DNA of 64,000 bases. Source: the human T2T-CHM13v2.0 reference genome, Homo sapiens. Numbering within the stretch: the stretch's first letter is position 1; each line of letters begins with the position of its first letter. Below are positions 13,713 to 26,639 of this stretch, piece after piece. Both the position numbers and the translations under genes were made by a program. Where the stretch lies: NCBI RefSeq assembly GCF_009914755.1, contig NC_060928.1, one strand, 5' to 3'. Below the pieces are notes generated by a model, which did no database searches, was not told where the DNA came from, and was given only the letters and a program-made list of their open reading frames with translations.

Positions 13713-15029
13713 ATATTTTAGAAGTGGTCATTAAATATTATGGTATTATTTATTTTAATTATATTTATTATTAATATGGCCAGGAGAGTGGGAAACAGCC
13801 TAAGAGAGGAACAATTTGAAAGCTTTGATAATAACAAATGTGAAATCAATGAAAAGAATTGCAGGAATAAAAAAAGGAGCAAACCAATTTGACAAGGCAG
13901 TAAGAAGGATAAAACTGGCACAGAAATATTCACTCATCTATAAAGGAGCCAAGAGTCCCAGTCGCCACGACTTAATTGATACACTTCAATTTGATCTGAA
14001 TACACATCAATAAAAATGAGGCTCCCTTGGGTTTGATGTGGCTGATAGAGAAACAGTAGAACAGGCTTCTGTGGAAGAGCAGTTCTCAGCATTCTGTGTA
14101 TATCCAAGTCATAAATCAGGGAGAAATACTCAAAGTAAGTTAAGGCCACAAGGAAAGTGATGCAGACAGGTGTCCTGGGAATTAAGACACCTAGCTCACT
14201 GTGCTGCAGAGCCTGGCTCCCGACTTTCAGGAAAGCAGGAACAAAAATTAAGGACTCATTCAAAAAGCCAGCCTGACTCAGACAACTCATATGGCTGCAG
14301 CCTGGTGATCACAGCCTAAATTCATTCCACCAGTAACCTAGAAAGCAGTGTGGAAGGAAGCTGCAAGCTTTGCCAGTGGGACATTCCCTTGGTGTTTGTG
14401 TTTGTTAGGAAAGGTTAACAGGGTAGAGTAGAGGATAGAAGGAAAGAGGCATTCACATATTATGTGGCTTGACTTTCACTGGCTGTGTTTCAGGCTCAGT
14501 TTTCACAGATACGGATCAAAGGACAGTGCCTGAAAACAAACAAATGAAAAAAAAAAAAAAAACAAAGGTGATAAGATCATTATCTCAGGAAATATCTAGG
14601 ACAGTTTCATGGAGGCAATTATTTTTATAAGAATTTAATAAATTTTTGCATCAAAAACATGAGGGTAGATAAAAGGAAGGAAGAGGAGTAAGAGTGAAAC
14701 GAAGAAGAAAGGAAGAAGAATGGGGAAGAAAATAGGGAAGAGAATATTGACAATGGAGGATTTAAAAATGTGAATAAAGACTAAAAGGTAGTAATGTGGA
14801 ATATACACAAATAATAGCAAACTGGCAATCTGATGGTAGCAGTGCATGCAGAAGCAGCACATTTTCAGATGGGTGATTATTCAGTCTGGCTAGAATCTCT
14901 ACTATCAATGAATGAAAAAAATCACAGAGAAGCGTAATTTCTCTTACTCTAGATGTTAGATACAATGTTTGGAAACCAGAGAATAGGACAATTTGGGCTA
15001 TCTGCGTCCTAGCACTGTTAGTTCATAGC

Positions 15030-15200
15030 TTCACTCAATCAATCAAATATTAATTGAGCATCTATCAAGCTTAGCAGCATGCAAAGTTCTGTAATTCAGA
15101 AATTATATGTTACTATGCCTCTAATTGGAGTTTAAATCTGGATAGCAGAATCTAGAACATCTACAAGAAAAAAATACTTTTAATAAAAGGATAAATGAAT
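15030..15200 (-). mobile_element. L2 3' end
   Basis: tcactcaatcaatcaaatattaattgagcatcta terminal motif. Confidence 0.6.
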
Positions 15201-15429
15201 GTGCCTTTAAGTCTTTGCCTGCAGTGTACAGAATAAGCACTTTCTCAGTGTTTTGTATTTGCAATATTGTCTTAGATATATGTTCTCAAAGTTAGCCTCC
15301 TTGCTTTTTCTAACTTCCTTCCCTTCCTTTCTAGAACTTGCTATATCCAGATATGCTACTACATACCAGTCAATGTGTCAGTCAAGAGAGCAACAAGACA
15401 GTGACAATGTTGAAAAAACAGGATTTGCA

Positions 15430-15545
15430 AATCCCATTTTAGAGAAGAGTTAACTGAGATTAAGAATAGTTACAAAATTTGCCCAGAGTCACACTAGAAA
15501 CAAGTAAAGCAGCTGGGATTTAACCCAGGCTTCAAAATTCACCAT
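15430..15545 (-). mobile_element. MIR core
   Basis: atcccattttagaga...aactgaga...ttgcccagagtcacac...gctgggatttaacccagg. Confidence 0.8.
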
Positions 15546-16153
15546 TGCTTTTATTCTGAGAAAAATATAATCGCTGAAAACAATAATTTACAGATTACAA
15601 GACTCCTGATGATTTGGTTTGGAAAATTCCTCCTGAAAGAGGAAACAGTAAAGTTCAATTTGGTGTCAGATAACATGCTCCCCAGATGCCAACTAATTTT
15701 CAGATGGGTGATTATTCAATCCGGCTGGAATATGATGTTTTTCTTCCTACATTTAAGTTTCAATGTTGGTCTATTTTCTTTCTTTTCTTTTTTTAAGAAT
15801 CCATTTTCAATTAAGATTTCTAATTAGATTCCACGTTTGAGACACATCTCTAGTAGAAAGCAAATGGCAAGAGTAGTAATTAAAAAGCAGCTGTCTCTTG
15901 TCTTTCTGGTATGAAACAAGCCGTTTTGTCTGTAAGTTATGAAATCCTAGGAAATTCTGTGATGTTTGTCTCAGTTTTTAATAACAGTCAACTTAATTGG
16001 AAGATGCTGAATTGGTCTAAAAAAGTCGATGCCCTTTGCAACACATATGCTGAAAACTTCTCTTCCAAAATAAGCATAAGTCAACTCTGGGTTTTTCAGA
16101 CTTTTAGTGCTGCAAAGACAAAATCTCCACATTTTATATCAAATCAAATCATT

Positions 16154-16424
16154 GGCCCAACATGGTAGCTCACACCTATAATTCCAGCACTTTGGCAGGC
16201 CAAGATGGGTGGATCATTTGAGCTCAGGGGTTCAAGACGAGCCTAGGAAACATGCTGAAACTCCATCTCTACAAAAAATTAGACAGGCATGGTGGTGCAT
16301 GCCTGTAGTCCCTGCTACTGAGAGAGGTTGAGGTGGGAAGATCACCTGATCCTGGGAGGTCGAAGCTGCAGTGACCCATGACTGCGCCACTGCAATCCAG
16401 CCTGAGTGACACAGTGAGACCCTG
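16154..16424 (+). mobile_element. AluJ without poly(A) tail
   Basis: AluJ-type arms (gaggtcgaagctgcagtga); TSD atcaaatcatt at 16143-16153 and 16467-16477. Confidence 0.92.
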
Positions 16425-17359
16425 AGTGACAGAGTGAGATTCATGGAACATAGCTATTTCTTAGAGATCAAATCATTCTTTAAAGTACTAAAGTAGGCAT
16501 TACCCCAAGTCATTTGCCTTACTTTAAGACTTTTTCAGAAGCCTCCATTATAAAACTTTATAAATCAAAGAGAATAAGCATTTTCAAAGGAAAGAAATAT
16601 GATTCAGATTAACTGAGATGCAAACAGCAATTTGTGTAGTTTTTCTCCGTTTAAGAAAACCAGTATTACTAATGCTAATGTTGAAAATTATTTAGGAAGC
16701 TTTTGCTCCAGTTGTTCTTGATACCTGAGGCTATATTTCCACATGTGAAGTATAATCAGGATTTGAGGCAATTAACCATATAATTAAGGTCAAGAAAAAT
16801 CTTCAGCTGGAAAAAAATAAACCAATGAAGCAATCAGATTTTTTCTGGCTTGCATTATCTAGATTCTAGAAAATTATCTAACGTAGTTTAATGCTCATAG
16901 CCATAAAATAGGTCAAGCTCCCTAAAAGCAGGCCAGTCTCAGGTACAAAAGAAACTTCTTAAAATGCATATTCCGAAGAGGTAAACTTTTGAAAGATTTC
17001 CCAATATAATCCTTATAATCCTGAAAATGACTTCAGGAAATATTAAGTTAAATAAAAGTACAAACACACACACACACACACGTTGGGGTAAGGTGAGGTC
17101 AGGTGACAGATTCGAAAGCATCTATATTCAGGGGACCAGGAGAGAAGACCAAATGACATCACACAGAAATGCAAGCAGAGCAAGTTCAGAGGCTTCTTAC
17201 AATGGATATTAAGGACCTATGGGGCTGGGCTTTTCATCTTATTTTCAACCCGGCTTCATTTATATCTGTCTTCCCTTCTGTGACTTTGCTGTAGCCACAC
17301 TATTCTTCTTTCAATTATTTTCTTTCTTTTTTTTCTTCATTTATTTTCTTTGTTCCATG

Positions 17360-17600
17360 CTTTTCCATCTGCCTGGGACTCTATTCTCAAACTTTAGGTC
17401 TTAGGTTAAATGTCATCTTCCAGAGAAATAGCCTCTGTCTACCCAATCCACAGTAGATTCTTTGTCTCCCAATATTTTATCCCATAGAATTCTGTTATTT
17501 TACATCATAGCATTTATCACAGCTTTTACTTATATATTGATATCTACTGAATCTCCTCTACTGCACTGTAAGTACTGCCTGATTTGTCCAATTCTATAAA
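17360..17600 (+). mobile_element. L2a fragment
   Basis: tctgcctggga...ttaaatgtcatcttcc...catagcatttatcaca motifs. Confidence 0.7.
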
Positions 17601-17919
17601 ATCGCCTTACAGATGAGTGTTTCCCAAATAAAGCATATGCATTAATTTAATAATAAGTAATAATATTAATTTCTTAATTTCTTAACATTTCTGCCTAGGC
17701 TAGGCCTGGCCTAACTAAAACCCTCAAAATTGGTTTAATGTAGTTATAGAAATTAATTTATCTATAAAATTTGGCCAGTCATCTATAACATGCAGTCACA
17801 CATATGCTAAAACACCTAACTGGCATTATTGTAAAATATTTTGTTAATAAGCTCGAATTAATCATCAGTTTAAATGAATACAATGTGTTGATGTTACGTG
17901 TTGAGAATAACTCTTGTAC

Positions 17920-17983
17920 CTGATTTATGTTGTTTTCTTTGACAGAACTGCTCTTTGATTATTGTTTCGCTGGTTTCAAGGCT
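17920..17983 (-). CDS. Candidate 64-nt internal exon, SLETSETIIKEQFCQRKQHKS+G
   Basis: Strong acceptor ctgacttctttccattttgttttttgcag|AGC, donor CAG|gtacaa, open phase-0 frame, unique sequence. Confidence 0.6.
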
Positions 17984-18301
17984 CTGCAAAAAACAAAATG
18001 GAAAGAAGTCAGGATTTAGTGTTTACTGGAAATTTTCTTACTAAAGCACCCATAGGTAAAGTGTTTAATATGCTTATAATGCCCATCATTCAAACTTAGG
18101 GATTTATCATCATCACAAGATTCATGGAGCATAGCTATTTCTTATTTCTATCCCAAATTAGTCAGCTTCATTCAGCCCATAGAGCCCCTCTAGAATAAAT
18201 TATAGCTGATCCTTGTTTGCTGCTTAAGTGTGCCAAGTACTATCCTATGCCAGGCACTATATTAAGTTACATGGATTAACTCATTTATTCCTCATAACTA
18301 C

Positions 18302-19256
18302 TCAGCAAGAAAGGGTTAACTCAGCAGGCCTGAGTTCCTCAAACTCTGCCCATCACAAAGAAAGGTGACTCTTCAAGTCTAGCCTTCAGCTAGCTTCTGG
18401 GAGAAAACCTCTGAACTCCTGGAAGAGTCTACCTGATAAGAGTGTTTTGTATGCATGAGGCCTTAGGCTATGCTGTTTCAGTTGGATCAGATATATTTAT
18501 TCTAAAATGTGATTTATGATGAACATTTATTTTTGCTTGTGGGAAGGGGTTCTGGTGTCTGAATCACCCAGTGCCGCATGCTTATGTGAGTGACATCTAA
18601 TAGAACTCTAGAAACCAAAGCTTGGCCGAGTTTCCCTGGTTTACCACACTTCATGGGTTATACATCATTTTGCTGGCAGCTTTAATCACACCTCCATGTG
18701 ACTCCACTGGGAGAGGATAGCTGGGAGTTTGTTCCTAAACTTTGCACCATGAACCTTTCTCTTTGCTGTTCTTAATTTGTATACTTTCACTATAATAAAG
18801 CATGACTATGATTATACAGCTTTTCTGTATCTTAGATGATATGGTCTGGCTGTATTCCCATCCAAGTCTCATCTTGAATTATGGTTCCCTTAATCCCCAC
18901 ATGTTGTGAGAGGGACCTGGTGGGAGGTAATTGAATCATGGGGGTGGTTACCCAGTGCTGCTGTTCTGGTGATAGTGAGTGAGTTCTCACAAGATCTTAT
19001 GGTTTTATAAGATCTTCCCCCTTTTGCTCTGTGCTTCTCCTTGCTGCCACCATGTGAAGAAGGACATGTTTGCTTCCCCTTCCATCATATTTGTAAGTTT
19101 CCTGAGGCCTCCCCAGCCCTGCAGAACTGAGTCAATTAAACCTCTTTCCTTTATAAATTACCCAGTCTCAGGTATGTCTTTATTAGCAGTATGATAACAG
19201 ACTGATATATTAGTAAAACGATCAGCCTAAAGGAAGTCTTGGGGACCCCCAATACA
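18302..19256 (+). mobile_element. MER68/MER21-group ERVL solo LTR
   Basis: Starts gcaagaaagggttaactcagcaggcctg, contains cctgataagagtg and ccactgggagaggat, ends ggggacccccaataca. Confidence 0.75.
18837..19209 (+). mobile_element. THE1D solo LTR (MaLR)
   Basis: tgatatggtctggctg...ggtggttacc...ctgagtcaattaaacctc...gactgatata; 5-bp TSD ttaga/ttagt. Confidence 0.92.
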
Positions 19257-20896
19257 ACCACCCTATAAGGGAGGTACCATTATTATTATATAGAGAGAAT
19301 TTGGCAAAGACAGGTGAAGTAATTCAGGCAGAGTCCCACAGGTAAAGAGTAGTATTTGAATTTAAAACCACTGATCTGGTTCCAGAGTTTGGGCATTTTA
19401 CTACTATATATCATGCTATTTATAAAACAATTTACTATTATATATAATTCAATATGTGTATAAAAATGTTACCTGGTTCTTTTCTCTATTTTATTATCAG
19501 GAATAGTTTTCAAATTGTAAATTTACTATCAGTTACTATCTTTTATAAAATGATTTCATATTATTTGGTCAAAAGATGTAGTAACTCATTGGATTAAAGT
19601 TGTTCTTTAACCATTGTACCTCATTTGAAAGAAACATTCCCCTAGTAATGTCAATAATGCAGATGAGATATAAAATTTTCTCATTCATATTATCATATGT
19701 CTCTCATCATTCTGTATTGTTTACAATATAAGCAGGTGAAACTACAAAGAATAGGCTTTAAATTATACCAGGACTCATTTAATTTGGGGAAAAAAAATTC
19801 CAGTTTTTCTTTAGATTTCTCATTTTTTGAGCCCAGTAGACCCAGAGTTGCTTTTAAGATAACTGTTAAGAAAAAAAAAAAATGTTTCATAGTAAGAGAA
19901 ATCATGAAACTGATCACTTAGTTGCAACTAAAGAAAATACAAACCATCTGCTTACTACTAAACTCAAAACAGAAAATAATATAGAAAAGTCATATGTGTG
20001 CTATATCAAACTTTCACCAGGTAGAATTTACAAGATACTTTGGTCTAAATTTTTGTGGTCCTTAAGTGTCTTAGTTTTATTTTAACACTTGAACAAAATC
20101 ATAATTTATCTTTCATCTTATTCAAATCCACCCAAATCTAAGCATTGTGCTCTGTTGTACAGAGTAGATGGCAGTATCCTGTCCTTATTAACAGAACAGA
20201 CTGCACATCTCTTCTGGATGTTTTAGTTGACATTACTTCTGCAAAGGTGATGAGTTTACCTTGCAAATAAAATATGATCATACAAAGGCCAACATAGTCT
20301 CATATAGTCCATAGTGTCCAAACAAGCCCTTGAATAATTTTTTTAAATACCCGTAATGCATACACAAGATGGGTAACACTTTATATAGCAATGAATAGAT
20401 ACATCAAATATAAACTGGATAACTGTGCAAGTCTAAAGGACAAAAGTTTATGATGCAGAAAGATCAACTGTCCTATGTGAGCCTGAGTCTTTCAGACTTT
20501 TTTTTTGTTCCCATTATGGGGTCATTCATTACTTGTCAGCTCCCATCATGTAGCAAGAACCAGTATTTACTAAAACCCAATGAAGTGTATAGTCACCTTA
20601 AATATACATCCCACAGACTTAATGCAAACAAGACGTTATTTAACATTTATCATTATCTTCATGATAAATGACCAAATAGGATATTTTCTTTAATTAGGAC
20701 ACAGAAGTTTTCTTTTAGTAGAAAATTTGAATTTCTATGCTAACTTCTGGGTGTTAAACTGAATTGAACATTATTGTTTAGAATTAAAATGCAGAATATT
20801 CCAAAAAAATTGAGGTGGCCTCCTATTGTGCTTCCACTTTATTCTATATAGGTCAGTGCCTTCTTTGGTCCCTGTATCCATTCCTTTTGTGGCCTT

Positions 20897-23404
20897 TGAT
20901 ATGGGGTTTGGATGTTTGTCAACTCCAAATCTCAGGTTGAAATGTGATTCCCAGCATTGGAGATGAGGCCTAGTGGAAGGTGACCGGATCCTGGGGGAGG
21001 ATCCTTCATGAATGGCTTAGCAACATCCCCTTGGTGATAAGTGAGTTCTTGCTCCAAGTTCACATGATATTTGGTTGTTTAAAAGAGTGTGACAGCTCCT
21101 CCCCAGCTTGCTCCCTCTCTCACCATCTATGTGCCTGCTTCTCCTTTGCCTTCCACCATAATTGGAAGCTTTCTGAGGCCTCACCAGAAGCAAATCCTGT
21201 CACCATACTTCCTATGGAACCTACAGAACTGTGAACCAAATAAATCTCTTTTATTTATAAATTACCTAGCCTCAGGTATTCCTTTATAGCAACACAAGAG
21301 CAAACTAAGACAGAAAATTGGTACCAAGGAATGGGGTGTTACTATAGAGATTCCAGAAAATATGGAAGCAGCTTTGGAAGTGGATAATGGGCAGAAGTTG
21401 GAAGAGTTTGGAGGGCTCAGAAGAAGCAGGAAGATGAGGAAATGTTTGGAACTTCTTAGAGACTGGTTAAATGGTTGTGACGAAAATGCTGACACAGATA
21501 CAGACAGTGATGTCCAGGCTGAAGAGATCTCACATGAAAATGGGAAACTTATTGGGAATCAGAATAAAAGTCACCCTTCTCAATCCCTAGCAAAGAACTT
21601 AGCTGCATTCTGTCCATGTCCTAGGAATCTGTGGAAATTTGAACTTTAAGACTGATGACTTAGGGTATCTGGCAGAAGAAATTTCTAAGCAGCAAAGCAT
21701 TCAATATGTGATCTGGTTGTTTCTAACAACTTAAATCAGATACAAGGCAAATAAATGACTTAAAGTTAGAACTTACAATTAAAAGGGAAGCAGAGTGTAA
21801 AAGTTTGAAAAATTTGCAGCCTGACCATGTGGCAGAGGGGAAGAAAAAGCATTTTTGAGAAAATGTATTGAAGCAGGCTGCAGAGCAACTACTTGCTAGA
21901 GAGATTGGCATGACTAAAAGGGAGCCAAGTGCAAATATCTAATACAATGGGAAAAAGGTCTCAAAGGCATTTTAGAAGTCTTCAAGGAAGACCCTGCCAT
22001 CATAGGCCCAGAGGCCTAGGAGGAAAGAATAGTTTCAGGGGCCAGGTTCAGGGCCCCATTGCCCTGATCCGCCTTGGGATATTGCTTTCCACATCCTGGC
22101 CACTCCATCTCTAACCATGGCTCAATGGGGTTCAGGTACAGGTACAGCTCAGGCTGCCACTTTGAAGAGCACAAGCTGCCATAAGCCTTGGTTGCTTCTA
22201 CATGGTGTTAAGCCTGCAGGTGCACAGAATGCAAGAGTGAAGGAGGCTTGGCCACTCCCACCTAGATTTTAGAGGATGTATAGGAAAGATTGGTTGCCCA
22301 AGTAGAAGCCTATCACCAGTGCAGAACCCTAACAGAGAAACTTTACTAGGGCAATGCGGAGGGGAAATGTGGGATTGGAGACCCACAAAGAGTCCCCACC
22401 AGGGCACTGCCTAGTAGAGCTGTGGAAAGGGGGTCACTGACCTCCAGACCTGAGAATGGCAGAGCCACCAGTAGATTGCAGCTTAAGCGTGAAAAAGCTG
22501 CAAGCACTCAATTCTAGCCTAGGAGAGCAGCCGTGTGGACTGCGCCCACAGAAGCCACAGGGGCAGGGCTTCCTCAGGCCATGAGAGTCCAGCCCTCACA
22601 CCAGGATGTGGGACATGAGGTCAAAGGAGATTGTTTTGAAGCTTTAAGATTTAATGATAGCCTTGCTGGGTTTCTGACTTGTGTGGGGCCTATTGCCCCC
22701 CTTTTTGGCCAATTTTTCCCCTTTTGGAATGAGAATGTTTACCCAATGCTTATACCACCATTGTATCTTGAGAGTAAATAACTAGTTTTTTTTTTGTTTT
22801 TTGTTTTTTGTTTTTTCAAATCTCACAGGTTCATAGATGGAAGGAACTAATTTCTAGATGAGACTTTAGACTTGGGACTTCTGAATTAATGCTTGCATGA
22901 GTTAAGACTTTGGAGGACTATTGGAAAGGCATGATTTGTATTTTGAAATGTGAGAAAGACATGAGATTTCGGGGTCCAGGGGCAAAATGATATGGTTTGG
23001 ATGTTTGTCCCCTTCAAATCTCATTTTGAAATGTGATTCTCCATGTTGAAGGTGGGCCTGATCAGAGGTGACTGGATCATGGAAGAGGATCCGTCATGAA
23101 TGGCTTAGCACCACTCTCTTGGTGATAAGTGAGCTCTTGCTCTGAGTTCATGCAATATCTGGTTATTTAAAAGAAAGTGGCACCTCCCCTCCCTCTCTTG
23201 CTCCCCCTCTCACCATGTGATGTGCCTGCTCCTCCTTTGCCTTCCACCACGAGTGGAAGCTTTCTGAGACCTCATCAGGAGCAGATTTCCAGTACTATGC
23301 CTCCTGTAAAGCCTGAAAAACCATGGACCAATTAAACCTCTTTTGCTTATAAATTACCCAGCTCCGAGTATTTCTTTACCATGATACAAAAGCAAATTAA
23401 CACA
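20897..23404 (+). mobile_element. Full-length MST (MSTA1/MSTB-like) MaLR: LTR 20897-21312, internal 21313-22987, LTR 22988-23404
   Basis: Two homologous LTRs; internal region starts gaaaattggtacc; TSD gcctt/gccct. Confidence 0.93.
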
Positions 23405-23694
23405 GCCCTGAATGAGGTTTTCATAACATCCTTTTTATTTTTCTACCCCAGGATCCTGGTGTGATGGGGATATAGCTAAAGTCAGAGCTGACTATTTGTC
23501 TTTTCCATCTTACCCCATGGAAGAAACCTGGGCCTTGTGCTGACCCCAAATAGCCTGAATAACTCCAGGTTAAGGGCCCACATCAGTGAGAGGTTTTGGG
23601 ATATTATAGCAAAGGCAGAAGCTGAGTGAGATACAATTTAGAAGAGATCAAGGAGAGATCATGCCATGTAAGTCAGCAAATTCTGCAATATGGC

Positions 23695-24124
23695 TGCTAT
23701 GATTCGGACGTTAGCTCCTCCAAACCTCATGTTGAAATTTGATCCCAAATGATGGAGATGAAGCCTAATGGGAGGTGCCTTAGTCATGGGGGTGGATTCC
23801 TCATGAAAAGATTAATGCCCCTCTCCGGGGAGAGTAAGTGAGTCCTCACTTTGTTAGTTTCCACAAGAGCTGATTCTTAAAAAGAACCTGGAACCTCCCC
23901 TCTTGCTCTCTCTTGCTTCCTCTCTTGCCCTGTAATTTCTGCACACACTGGCTCCCCTTCCCCTTCCACCATGAATAGAAGTAGCCTGAAGCCCTCATCA
24001 GATGCAGGTGTTCATTCCATGCTTTTTGCAAAGCCTACAGAACCATAAGCCAAATAAACCTCTTTTCTTTATAAATAATCCAGCCTCAGGTGTTCTTTTA
24101 TAGCAATATAAATGAACTAAGACA
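23695..24124 (+). mobile_element. MSTB1-like solo LTR
   Basis: tgctatg...cctccaaacctcatgttgaaatttgatccc...ccaaataaacctc...actaagaca. Confidence 0.88.
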
Positions 24125-24399
24125 ACAGGTTTTCATGGGTTCTGAGAACCCATACATTTGTTCCCTAATAGGTCCAGCATTAAAATATGTGTCTTGGAAA
24201 TTATTCACATATAGCTACTAGAATCTAGATTAAACTATTTTTAAGATAAATGTTAAAATTAAATCTAATTTCCCAAAGGTTTTAAAAATCTTATAGTTGT
24301 TGCTCAGTTTCCATCCCTAATTGTAAAGGCAAAGTAGAATTAAGCTGACAATGGCATTCTCAACATAGCCTTCAGGTCAACAGAAAAACTGTAAAAAAA

Positions 24400-26320
24400 A
24401 AAAAATTCTATTAGAATTAATAAAATAACTCAAAGTTCAAGGATGCAAGGTAAATTTGCAGCAATAGCTTTTCTATATAATAGCAAAAAATAGAAAACAA
24501 AATTTCCAAAAGAATGCAGCTCCCAATAGCAGCTATAATAATCCAAATTACTACAGCAGTAACAACAAAATCAATAAAGAAATTATGAATAACTCTGTAA
24601 GGAAAATTATAAGAAGCTATAAAGAGAAGTAAAGAACTGTAACACGTGTAAGTGGGGAAATATTTACAGCATAAATATCAATTCCTTCCAAATTAATTTA
24701 TATTTTTAGTATAATTCCAATGAAAATTCTAATGAAAGTAATTTTAGAAGCTCTTAAAATTTTCCAAAGTTCATTTGAAGAAAGTATTCTAGATCATAAA
24801 GAATATTCTGAATATTAATAAAATGTTTTGCTCTAATGATAAAATATATTTTGTGACATAACATGTAACACAGTGAAGAAATGGCTGAGAAAGTGATTTA
24901 CAGATTAGTGGGAAAACATGGGTATCCCAGAAACATTCAATTTTATGCATTTGCTCATTCAACAAATATATAATGCCTGTCATATGCCAAGCACTGCACT
25001 AATTATTAAAGGGACAATATAATTCCTTCAGATGTCTGGTGGGGAAAAATTAACAATTATTTTTATTACAATTGAAATTGATATAAATGGGCATAGGACT
25101 CCAAGGTTGCATATAGATAGCGAACCTAAACCCAATGTATAATAAAGTGAGCACCACAAATTTATAAAAAAGAAATGAAGTATTTAATGATTGTTGAGAC
25201 AGTTGCCTATCCTTTTAGAATAAAATAAATTATGTTCCATTAGACAGGGATATAAATTCCAGATGTATTATGGAAGTAAATACAAATAAAATACAAAATA
25301 AAAAGTAAAGAAAAATGGAATTGATAATTTTCACACTTTTTTGGAGGGGTCAATTCTACTTTTGAAGCTTATAAGTGCTAGAAGAAATTATAAAGAAAAC
25401 GCATAGCAGATTGGGCTACATAAAAACTTCCCTAGTTTAAAAAAAAATAGGAGCAGATATAAAATTATTTGCAACAAAGGCAATATACCAAAATCTATTT
25501 TGTACAAATACTAAATATCAAATGAGAAATATTTAAAAGATGCTTCACAATGAAGAAACAATTCATGAATAAACATATGAAAAATGTTCAACTTCATTAA
25601 TACTCAAGGAAATAACCATTATAAACAATGATCAACAGTATTTCATCTAACAAATTGGCAAAGAAGAAAAAGTTCATACTTGATGCTATTTTGAGATTGC
25701 TTTGAATGCTACTTTCCTACATTCCCAAGAGTATTTTCTAAGAACTCTAAAAGTGTTCCTACCCTGTCCCAGAAAATCTAGGAGGCATTCTCACCATATG
25801 TGGTTAGCACAAGATGCTCATTTCAGGCACATCCTATTTTAATACCCACTATACAATAATGCTGTTTAGACAAACGACTGTCAAATATTTATCATGATAT
25901 TACAAGTACCACAGCCAGCATGTGGGAGGCATGCAATAAATATGTCGAATGTTGAATAAATTAATGAGCTTGTTTCTTCATCATTAAATAAGTGTGACAT
26001 TGGCTTCTCAAAATATGTTTTCATATTCTTTGATCTAGTAATTCTAATTTTGGGTTTCCATTCTAGAGAAATAATCCTAAATGTATAAAAAAGTTATATA
26101 CACAAGTTACCACAATATGACCAAAGTAGGAAAGAAATAGAAACATCCTAAATATTCAACAATAGAGGAATCTTTGAATAAATTGCATTAACTAATTTGA
26201 TGGAATGTTAGGTCACTATTAAAAAGACGTTAATGAAGAGTTTAAAATGGCTTATACCAAAATGTTAAATGTAAAAAGCTGTATTTAAAAGTTGTATATC
26301 TCATTTATGACTATGGTTTG
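24400..26320 (+). mobile_element. Highly decayed L1ME-like fragments with small L2 inserts
   Basis: A-rich ORF2-like motifs (aaacatatgaaaaatgttcaacttcattaatactcaaggaaat); L2 ends near 24950 and 25930. Confidence 0.65.
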
Positions 26321-26639
26321 TGTAGCAGGTAAAACTCCATGTAAAATTCCATCTTACTATTCTTTAACTTTATCTCCGTGAAGAAGTTACCTTTTTTAAG
26401 TCTGCTTTTTTCATCTATAAAATGGGAAAATGACAATACTGGCTATCACCAAATGCTGTTATTTTTAATTAACGATCAAAATAGATAATTCAAACAATGT
26501 TAGCTATACCTATCTCACAGTAAGTGTTCATGTTTCTACAGCTATAGCTTTTTTTTTAAAGCATTAAATGAAAACAAAACCTAGCATACCAGAAAGTCTA
26601 AATGCAAATACGTCAATGTGTTGGCAGTAGTTATTTTTG

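Larger units (their letters stand above)
18220..19410 (-). mobile_element. MIR interrupted by nested LTRs (pieces about 18220-18301 and 19257-19410)
   Basis: tatgccaggcacta...ctcatttattcctcataac continues after the LTR as accctataagggaggtaccattatt. Confidence 0.7.

Noticed and set aside
14868-15760. Connexin-like MGD start in the 36-bp repeat
   Set aside because: Similarity stops after a few residues, and the first copy's frame closes after 22 codons.
8941-16996. Alternative terminal exons from acceptors near 9101, 15633 and 17020
   Set aside because: Single splice sites only, with low-complexity or very short peptides; they show how easily such sites occur here.
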